From Promethearchaeota archaeon (GTDB lineage: Archaea; Asgardarchaeota; Lokiarchaeia; Sigyniarchaeales; SOKP01), in contig JBHLOC010000021.1 in the NCBI GenBank assembly GCA_048940925.1, positions 1 to 44,701 of the forward strand: 44,701 nucleotides of DNA, given 5' to 3'. Under the pieces are notes generated by a model. It saw only the letters and a program-made list of their open reading frames with translations. It was not told where the DNA came from and made no database searches. Below are positions 37,227-44,701 of the stretch, piece by piece (the first letter of the stretch is position 1; each line of letters starts with the position of its first letter). The position numbers and the translations under genes are program-made.

Positions 37227-39425
37227 TTATACAATTTGTCGATATTGGAATTCCCAAGTTTTTTTAACATAAAGTGTATCATTTATAGTATCGTAAATTA
37301 CTGATCTTTCACTTAATCCTCCAATCTCTTCTATTTCTATTTTTATATTCATTGAACCTAATTTTTCTTTAATATTATCTATATTCTCTTGATAGGTCTT
37401 ATCATAATCCATAAAAAGTCTAGCTCCACCAACAATAATCGCTTTTATATTTGCTTTTTTTGCTCCATGGTAGAGTAAGTTATTATATAAATCTTTTATT
37501 GAAGTGTCTACAAATGTATGAGGAAATAGCAAATGATAACCTTGTTTTGCACAAGTAGAAACTGGTAATTGAATATGGGATATTGCGAAGATATTATTTA
37601 TTGGATCTTTAAGAATCAAACCCAATCCTGATCCTAATCCCTTAATGGAAAATTTAGTTGCTTTAACATTTTTATCAAATGAATTAATTAAGGCATAATA
37701 TCCCATAGGAATAGCTAATTCATTATCATCATTAGCTCTTAAAATACGATCAAACCTTTCATCCTCATAAGACTGAATAAATTCTTGATCTTTATTTTTA
37801 AGATCAATTTCACAGGAATGGATATTTTCTCGAACCTCCCGTTGTATTATTTGTTGAGAATATTTATCTAATTGATTAACACGCAACTGTAATTGTTTTT
37901 CACGATGTGCTACCAATTGATTTCTCTTTTCTACATGCTTTATAAGCTCTTCCAGGGATTTCCATTTCTTTTCTACCTCATTTTCTTGTTCCTTGGCATA
38001 TCTAAGAAAACTTTTTATTTTTTTCTTTTTTAACTCTAATTTTTTCTTTTTCTTATTTAAATATGTTACTTTAGCTTTTATTATCTCTTCTCGTCGCTCT
38101 AAGCTTATTTCTTTCTTTCTTAATTCATCTTCTCGTTGATTCAAAAGTTTTTTCTGTTTTTTTAGAAATGGATTCTCAATCTTATCAGCATTGAGCTTTA
38201 CTTTGTTTGTAAAACTTGAAAATTTAGAACGCTCGAATGTTTTATTAACCCCATTATTAACTATTAGCCCTGTTATCTTTACTTCAGTTGGGTCTTTTAT
38301 TTGTTTTTCGAGTATTTTACCCTTATTTTTAATTTGTCTAGAAAAAGATTGTTTTTCTATTTTTTTTTCTACTTTTGTTTTCTGATTACTCTTTTTAGAA
38401 TCATCGCTATCTTTCTCTATTTTGCTCAAAAAATTATCTATTCGTTTAGTATTATATTCAATTTTAATTGGTTTTTCTTTAATAATTTCTATTGGTTGAT
38501 TTTTTCCTTTATTTAATGATTCTTGATATTTCTCTTCCGTTTTATTTAATCTTCCGTCTTTCTTACGAGTTTCAAATAATCTATAGAGTTCTTTTCTAGT
38601 AGATTCATTTTGCATAGAAAAATCTTTAACATAAAAGCGATTTCGTATACTGAGATTTTCAAAACAGGATTTCTCATGTTTTAAAGCTTCTGATCCCCCT
38701 AAAACTAGTAGACCTCCATTATATAATCTCGCTTCTAAAATTCTTAATAGTTTTTCACGAGCATATTGATTAACATAAATAAGCAAATTACGACAAAAAA
38801 CCACATCATACTTATATTCTTTTATATGACCTTTTATTATATCTTCCTGAATAAATTCAACTTTTTCTTTAATTTCCTTATTTAATATATATTTTGGTCC
38901 AATATTTGTGTTTTGCTTAAAAAAGTAGGATTCTATATAAAATTGGGGTGTTTCATGTAACGAGTACTCTCCGTACACGGCTCTTTTTGCAAATTTCAGG
39001 GCATTTGAATCAATATCAGATGCAATTATATGAAAATTTGGAAAACTTTTATTTTTTTTTTTCAATTGATCTAAGATTATCGCAATAGAATAAGGCTCAT
39101 CACCAGTAGCACACGGGGCTGACCATATTTTGAGTGGTCTCTTTAAATCTTTAGAATAAATTTTAATGAATTTTTCAAAATTCTCAAATACATTATAATT
39201 TCTAAAAAAATATGTATAATTGATCGTAAATTTATCTAAAAATAAATCTATCTCATCTGGATTATTTCTGATATATCTAATATATTGTTGATGATATTGT
39301 AGGTTTAAATTTTTCATTCTAAAATATATTCTTTTCTCAAGAAATTTACGTTGATAGTGTTCAAATTTCATGCCTGTAGCATTTGCAAGTTCATCTATCA
39401 AGATATTAATTGAGCTAGAATTCAA
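37227..39425 (-). CDS. CheR-type methyltransferase - coiled coil - CheD-like fusion protein
   Basis: N-terminal TIN.TYFFR, IWSA.CATG.EPYSIA, ASDID, DVVFCRNLLIY and GG.L.LG.SE (CheR); long K/E/Q-rich linker; C-terminal GLGS, H..LP, F.D, GA.....KA...GGA and E..GG...R (CheD). Confidence 0.88.
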   Translation of the reverse strand: MNSSSINILIDELANATGMKFEHYQRKFLEKRIYFRMKNLNLQYHQQYIRYIRNNPDEIDLFLDKFTINYTYFFRNYNVFENFEKFIKIYSKDLKRPLKIWSAPCATGDEPYSIAIILDQLKKKNKSFPNFHIIASDIDSNALKFAKRAVYGEYSLHETPQFYIESYFFKQNTNIGPKYILNKEIKEKVEFIQEDIIKGHIKEYKYDVVFCRNLLIYVNQYAREKLLRILEARLYNGGLLVLGGSEALKHEKSCFENLSIRNRFYVKDFSMQNESTRKELYRLFETRKKDGRLNKTEEKYQESLNKGKNQPIEIIKEKPIKIEYNTKRIDNFLSKIEKDSDDSKKSNQKTKVEKKIEKQSFSRQIKNKGKILEKQIKDPTEVKITGLIVNNGVNKTFERSKFSSFTNKVKLNADKIENPFLKKQKKLLNQREDELRKKEISLERREEIIKAKVTYLNKKKKKLELKKKKIKSFLRYAKEQENEVEKKWKSLEELIKHVEKRNQLVAHREKQLQLRVNQLDKYSQQIIQREVRENIHSCEIDLKNKDQEFIQSYEDERFDRILRANDDNELAIPMGYYALINSFDKNVKATKFSIKGLGSGLGLILKDPINNIFAISHIQLPVSTCAKQGYHLLFPHTFVDTSIKDLYNNLLYHGAKKANIKAIIVGGARLFMDYDKTYQENIDNIKEKLGSMNIKIEIEEIGGLSERSVIYDTINDTLYVKKTWEFQYRQIV

Positions 39426-39592
39426 TAAAGAAAACGCTATTTTTTACACCAAAACGCCTGTTATTTAGAAATTTTACTCAAATAATTTAAATATTAGTCA
39501 ATTTTAAATTTTTTGTAAGTAAAACTTGTTATAGCTGATGCAACAAACTAACGGAGCCAAATTTTGTGGTAAAAAATTTGTGTAGAAAAATT

Positions 39593-40342
39593 CTAATTGA
39601 ATGAAATAAGTTGTATTTTACATAGACTCTTACATAGGGTATAGACTTTTATTGGACTTAAATTTAAAAATTCAGCGACCTCATTGATGTTTTTCTCTCC
39701 ATCGATAACTTCATATATTTTACATAACGTATCTCCTGTTATATAATATTTAGGATTAACTTTTTCTGAAGTCATAATAGTTGGAATGTAACTATAATAA
39801 TCTGGAACAGGTTCTACTATTTCTGATTCTTTTTTTGGTGTTGCAGTATGATCAATTGGATTTTCAAAGCCTTTTATCCAATCAAAAACCTGAGTATTAA
39901 ATTGAGCTTTTTCTTTATTATCTTCTTCCTCAATATAAAGCTTAATTATTTCTTCAAATGATTTAAAGCTATCTAATCTGCCATTCCAATTTGAAATTTG
40001 ATCAATGTTGAATTTTTTTAAAAAGTTGTTGGATAATTTTTTTAGAAATCTTTGTACATTCACAAGTTCAGAATTTTTATCATAGGTTGCGAGATATATT
40101 AAATCTGGTATATTTGAATCTTTTAAAAAAGATAATTTAAGATTATTATTTGAAAGCTTCAATTCGCTAATGGTCCCTAAATCTTCAAATGAATCCGAAA
40201 ATGAATTAAGAGCTGAAAAAAATCCACTTACCATTATAAGGTCATCTACTTCAGAAAATAAGTTTTTTGTATTAGGTGAATTGGAGAAATTCGTAGATAA
40301 TAATGGTAAACCATCTTTAATTATGAGAACGTCGCAAATCAT
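39593..40342 (-). CDS. Longin-like domain plus C-terminal winged-helix protein
   Basis: LIIKDGLPL, MVSGFFSALNSFS, W.G....F..F; C-terminal IDGEKNINEVAEFLNLS...VY..CK.L.K. Confidence 0.7.
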   Translation of the reverse strand: MICDVLIIKDGLPLLSTNFSNSPNTKNLFSEVDDLIMVSGFFSALNSFSDSFEDLGTISELKLSNNNLKLSFLKDSNIPDLIYLATYDKNSELVNVQRFLKKLSNNFLKKFNIDQISNWNGRLDSFKSFEEIIKLYIEEEDNKEKAQFNTQVFDWIKGFENPIDHTATPKKESEIVEPVPDYYSYIPTIMTSEKVNPKYYITGDTLCKIYEVIDGEKNINEVAEFLNLSPIKVYTLCKSLCKIQLISFN

Positions 40343-40470
40343 TGAACTCAGGAAAAAATGTCATATCTTTTTAAAAATCTTAAGGCTGTAAGTACCAAAT
40401 CAATAATTATAATACACAAGTGATTATAATACATCTGTAATACCCTAATAATATTAATAACCATAATATC

Positions 40471-41574
40471 ATGATTCGATTAAGGGCTCCTGGAAGGATT
40501 TGTTTATTTGGAGAACATCAGGATTATTTAAATTTCCCAATTATGGCAATGGCTATTTCACAATATATATTTTTAGAAGCAGAACGAATTTTAGAATCAA
40601 AATTCTTAATTGAAATGCCGGATATTAGTCAAGAACTAGAAATTAAATTAAACAAGAAAGAATTAGAATATCAACTGAAAAGAGATTATATTAGAAGTGG
40701 GTATAATCAATTTTTAAGAAAAGGTGCACGCTTTGATAAAGGTTATAAGATTACAATAACTGGAGATATACCAATTAACGCAGGAGTTGCTAGCTCTTCA
40801 GCTTTAGTAATGGTATGGTTATTATTTTTAAATACGATTAGTAATAAAAAAGTAAAAAAATTTCAATTAGCACTCGATGGTTATAATGCAGAAGTTAAAG
40901 AATTTAAAGAGGGTGGTGGCATGATGGATCATTTTACTTCCACTTTTGGTAATTTAATTTATCTTAAACCTAATCTACCTAAACCACATTTAATCCATTA
41001 CAAAACGAAGTTAAAAGGTTTTATTTTAGGAAATTCCATGGAAAAGAAAGAAACAGTTGATGATTTAATTAGAGTTAAAAATGCATCTCTTAATGCTTTT
41101 AAGGAGATAAAAAATTTAATGCTAAACTTTAATCAGTATACGACAAATTTAGAAGAAATAGAACCCTTTTTATGTAATCTGAAAAAAGAATATCAAAAGA
41201 AAATTTTAGGAAATATTCATAATCGAAATTATACCATTAAAGCTAAAGAACTAATTGAACGAAATAGAAATGTATTATTAAAAGAAGAATATTCTAAAAA
41301 GACTCAAAAATTCTATGAGTCCTTAGGTACTTTATTAGATTTACATCAAAAACAATTAAAAGAAAATATCAAAGTATCTACTCGTAAAATTGATAATATA
41401 TTGCTTAAATGTAAAAGATCTGGAGCTTTAGGTGGAAAAATCAATGGATCTGGATTTGGGGGAACTTTATTTGCTTTAGCACCAGGAAAGGAAGAAAAAA
41501 TTAAAAATATCATTGAAGAAGAAGGTGGTGAAGCATTCATCTTAAAAACTAGTAATGGAGCGGAATATTTTTGA
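40471..41574 (+). CDS. GHMP-family sugar kinase (galactokinase-like)
   Basis: APGRICLFGEHQDY, IPINAGVASSSA, GMMDH and GALGGKINGSGFGG motifs. Confidence 0.9.
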   Translation: MIRLRAPGRICLFGEHQDYLNFPIMAMAISQYIFLEAERILESKFLIEMPDISQELEIKLNKKELEYQLKRDYIRSGYNQFLRKGARFDKGYKITITGDIPINAGVASSSALVMVWLLFLNTISNKKVKKFQLALDGYNAEVKEFKEGGGMMDHFTSTFGNLIYLKPNLPKPHLIHYKTKLKGFILGNSMEKKETVDDLIRVKNASLNAFKEIKNLMLNFNQYTTNLEEIEPFLCNLKKEYQKKILGNIHNRNYTIKAKELIERNRNVLLKEEYSKKTQKFYESLGTLLDLHQKQLKENIKVSTRKIDNILLKCKRSGALGGKINGSGFGGTLFALAPGKEEKIKNIIEEEGGEAFILKTSNGAEYF

Positions 41575-42332
41575 AGGCTATAATTTTATGTGCAGGATAT
41601 GGTAAAAGATTGAAATCCTATACTAAAAGGTATCAAAAATCGATGCTTCCCCTCCATGGCAAACCTCTATTAGATTACATTATTAATGGATTAATTACTA
41701 GCGGCTTTAAAGAATTCATTCTCGTTGTAGGATACAAAAAAGAACAAATCTTTGATTATTTTCAGGAGGGTAAGAGATGGGATATAAGTATAGAATATAT
41801 TGAACAAAAAGAATTAAATGGTACAGGGGGAGCTCTTTTATTATGCGAGCAGATCATCGATGAAAGTCATTTCTTTTTAACATGGGGAGATATATTAGTG
41901 CCTTATAAGGTATATAAAGATGTTTATAATATATTCTTAAATGAGAATCAAAATTTCATCTTGGTGGTAAATCATTCTCATGATCCCTATTTGGGAGCTG
42001 CTGTAATATGTGATAATTTATATTGTAAAACTATTATAGAAAAACCTCCAAAAGGTTCAGGATATAATTATAACAATAGTGGAATATTTATTTTTTCTAA
42101 AGAAATTTTTAGTGTTTTAAAAATTCTAAAACCCTCTAAAAGAGGAGAAATTGAAATAACTGATGCTATACGAATGGGTATTAAAGAGCGAAATTGGAAA
42201 GTTAGGGTATTTAAAATGGAAAAAGGCCAATTTAGAGGAGATTTTGGCAATATAGAAATGTATCGACGATTAAAAAAAGATACCTCTTGGCTAAAAGAAC
42301 TAAAAGAATTAAATAGGTCTGACTCAAAATAA
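41571..42332 (+). CDS. Sugar-1-phosphate nucleotidyltransferase (RmlA/GlmU-like)
   Basis: AIILCAG.G.RL, Q....GT..A, GD, EKP and S.RGE.EITDA motifs; 4-nt overlap with the kinase gene. Confidence 0.92.
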   Translation: MKAIILCAGYGKRLKSYTKRYQKSMLPLHGKPLLDYIINGLITSGFKEFILVVGYKKEQIFDYFQEGKRWDISIEYIEQKELNGTGGALLLCEQIIDESHFFLTWGDILVPYKVYKDVYNIFLNENQNFILVVNHSHDPYLGAAVICDNLYCKTIIEKPPKGSGYNYNNSGIFIFSKEIFSVLKILKPSKRGEIEITDAIRMGIKERNWKVRVFKMEKGQFRGDFGNIEMYRRLKKDTSWLKELKELNRSDSK

Positions 42333-42337
42333 ATAAT

Positions 42338-43948
42338 ATGCGGATAAGAAAGCGGAAAAATCTTAAAAAAAAAAATGCTATTATTACCTTTTTATTTTTA
42401 ATACCATTGATTATTTTTGGTATTTATGCAGGCTTCTGTTTATATATATTAGATGATGTTGCTTCTTTTACATTAAAAGTGGATCCTCCTAACACAGAAT
42501 ATTTCTATAAATTAAATGATATCTTAAATAATTCAAATTATTTAGATCAATTAGCTCATACCTATGATTTGCAAATGGAGAGATTTCATATGCCAACAAA
42601 TATTAGTGTCGATATAACTTTTACTAATGATAGTTATATAGAGGTTGAAACATGGCATAGCACAGATAATGGTGCTTTAAAAATTGGATATACGTTAGCA
42701 TCTCAATGTTTTAGATATAAAGCAGCATTAGACCATGGAAATATCAATGAATTGAATAATGCTACACGCATGGTTAAAAAATGTGTGAGTGCTTTTAGCA
42801 ATATGTTAGCTGCACCTAATGGAGGGATTGGACCTCAATATCCTGGGACACCCGCAAGATTTGTATGTGCTCCTGAAAATCGAAAATATCATCCTTGGAT
42901 GTTTGAAGAAGATCCAAGACATTTCAATGGCACAGGAGCTTATCAAAAATGGCGAGTGCGGCTCCATACAAGTAGGGATGAACTTGCAGGATATTTCCTT
43001 GGGTTTGCATGTGTTCTAAAATTTATTGATCCTAATGAAAATGAAGATAGTAAATGGTGTATAAATAGAATAAGATTGTTGACAGAACAAATGATTGAGG
43101 GATTTAAAAAGACTAATTGGCTTGTTTTGGGAGGAAAAGGTGAACCAGTCGGTTCAGATCTTAATCCTTACTTTGAAGGTAGTGCTTGGCAATTAACTCT
43201 TCTTAGAATAGGAGCTACAGCTTTACCTGAAAAATACAATTCCTTATATCACTATGCGGCTTCTAAAATGATGTCAATGAATGAAGCGGCTATGGGAGGA
43301 AAACAGAATACTGTGTATGATACTTACGCACTCGCCTTTGGAATGGATGTAGAAATTGCCTTGATTTTGCTTGAAGACAATCCAAAATTGCAGTATCACT
43401 ATATTGAAAATTTTGAAAGCAAATTTTATAGATATGTTCGATATCATCGGAATGCTTTCTTCAATATTGGACATTTAATTTTTATGGCTTTAATACATAA
43501 ACCTTCCAAGTTTGAAGATCCTAATTATACAGATGATATGATAAGATGGGATATCCTTGACCAATTATGGCGTTTTAATACTTCGGGATGGAGTAATGGG
43601 ATTAGAGATTATAACTTAACTATAAGACCAAACTCCACACGGGCTACAAGCCTTAATCCAGAGATTAGAAACATGAAAACTGAACCTAACAAAGAAAAAT
43701 GGGAAAATTTTTTTGAAAATCACGTTTATGGCAGTATATTTTCTTGGCTTGGAGATGTAATTGATTTTAAGGAACCCTTGTATATTGTACCTTTAACAGT
43801 CTCGGAGATGGGTATCCATAGTTTTCTCTGGGAACACAGTAAATTTTATGGTGATGGTGGTAATCCAACAGGAACAGGACTAAGACAAGCCGTCCCTACC
43901 TCTTACCTTGTTGTATATTGGATGGGTAAAGCTTTTAATATTTTTTAA
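42338..43948 (+). CDS. Membrane-anchored extracytoplasmic protein, unknown function (possible alpha/alpha-barrel enzyme)
   Basis: Basic N-terminus plus TM helix; DNG, TSRDE..G and YL..YWMG motifs; fold is a guess. Confidence 0.6.
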   Translation: MRIRKRKNLKKKNAIITFLFLIPLIIFGIYAGFCLYILDDVASFTLKVDPPNTEYFYKLNDILNNSNYLDQLAHTYDLQMERFHMPTNISVDITFTNDSYIEVETWHSTDNGALKIGYTLASQCFRYKAALDHGNINELNNATRMVKKCVSAFSNMLAAPNGGIGPQYPGTPARFVCAPENRKYHPWMFEEDPRHFNGTGAYQKWRVRLHTSRDELAGYFLGFACVLKFIDPNENEDSKWCINRIRLLTEQMIEGFKKTNWLVLGGKGEPVGSDLNPYFEGSAWQLTLLRIGATALPEKYNSLYHYAASKMMSMNEAAMGGKQNTVYDTYALAFGMDVEIALILLEDNPKLQYHYIENFESKFYRYVRYHRNAFFNIGHLIFMALIHKPSKFEDPNYTDDMIRWDILDQLWRFNTSGWSNGIRDYNLTIRPNSTRATSLNPEIRNMKTEPNKEKWENFFENHVYGSIFSWLGDVIDFKEPLYIVPLTVSEMGIHSFLWEHSKFYGDGGNPTGTGLRQAVPTSYLVVYWMGKAFNIF

Positions 43949-44032
43949 TTCTTTTTAAAAATGAGTATATTCAAAAAGTTAATACATTTATGAATAATTG
44001 TAAACTATAAATTACAGCAATTTTAAAATGAG

Positions 44033-44608
44033 TTGGTTAAATTGAGTAGTGAAAAATACAAACATAGATATTATTATAAAGAATCATATGAAGCATCAAT
44101 TGGAACTTTCGCATGTGGGTGTGTTTTCCTTTTTGTAGCGATATTATCTTTAGTTTTACGAGCAGTTGGCAGTAATTTTCTTACACTTAGTGCATGGGGT
44201 TACTGGATGTTTATTCCCGCTTTCTTCATCTTTATAGGAGGATTCCAACAGCTCTGGAGGAATATCACCTATAAAAAGGTTGTGAAGAATGCTTTAGCTC
44301 AAAGAAACTTTGAAGGAACACATAAACTTGAGCACATTGCGTTAGAAATTGGCATGAGACCCAAGGATATTTTACGTGTATTGGTGGATTTGCGAAATAA
44401 AGGAATAGTGCAATACAGTTTTAATTCTGATTCTGGTGAAATTATACTAGGCAAAGGAATAACTTATACCCAGGCAAGTGGGTATGTTCCCCCTACCAAA
44501 AATCTTGAAGCTCCAATACCGACAGAAGATAAGAATTTCTGTGTTTATTGTGGTTACAAATTAGAGATGAAAGCTAGTTTCTGCCCAAATTGTGGTTCAA
44601 AACTTTAG
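44033..44608 (+). CDS. Membrane protein with wHTH/PCI-like middle region and C-terminal zinc ribbon
   Basis: Two TM helices; LEHIALEIGM...L..L...G; FCVYCG......FCPNCG. Confidence 0.78.
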   Translation: MVKLSSEKYKHRYYYKESYEASIGTFACGCVFLFVAILSLVLRAVGSNFLTLSAWGYWMFIPAFFIFIGGFQQLWRNITYKKVVKNALAQRNFEGTHKLEHIALEIGMRPKDILRVLVDLRNKGIVQYSFNSDSGEIILGKGITYTQASGYVPPTKNLEAPIPTEDKNFCVYCGYKLEMKASFCPNCGSKL

Positions 44609-44701
44609 GTTAATATTTTTTCATTATTTTTTCCTTTTTTATAATAAAATTTTTTACATATATATTATTTAATCAAATAGAAATTAGGGATATCAAGTAT
44701 A

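Noticed and set aside
39470-39592. Slightly GC-richer intergenic patch upstream of the CheR-CheD gene as a small RNA
   Set aside because: No convincing stem or complete C/D box set could be built.
28287-43474. Short shadow ORFs 28287-28739, 29439-29633, 31247-31498, 32008-32256, 35347-35796, 38191-38385, 38301-38516, 40170-40391, 41346-41540, 42068-42250, 42819-43019 and 43274-43474
   Set aside because: They are antisense or alternate-frame by-products of real genes.

Overview
Very AT-rich archaeal chromosomal segment, most consistent with an Asgard archaeon of the Lokiarchaeia/Promethearchaeia type. This assignment is inferred from rpl38e, archaeal-type ThrRS/AspRS/RibK/RibL, a Rab-like GTPase, two longin-like proteins, a JAMM/MPN protein and an IPGY-type C-terminal sorting signal. 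Most of the window is housekeeping and membrane/glycan genes. Several signals are missed by the ORF track. (1) A Rab-like small GTPase gene is interrupted by a 30-nt insert with two in-frame stops that folds into a bulge-helix-bulge (BHB) motif; removing it restores the protein exactly, making it a candidate endonuclease-spliced mRNA intron in a eukaryotic-signature gene. (2) An unrecognised ~505-nt structured ncRNA lies on the minus strand, with a TATA box, a 10-bp closing stem and a U-tract. (3) A 108-bp duplicated, decayed 3' end of rpl40e flanks a surface-protein gene, resembling an integration scar. (4) A CheR-coiled coil-CheD fusion has lost the CheD catalytic Cys. (5) Unannotated or truncated genes: rpl40e, a 56-aa Zn-ribbon protein, and an ArsR-HTH membrane protein needing an ATA/ATC start. 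No tRNA, rRNA, CRISPR array, transposase or integrase was recognised. All calls come from reading the sequence by eye; no searches were run.
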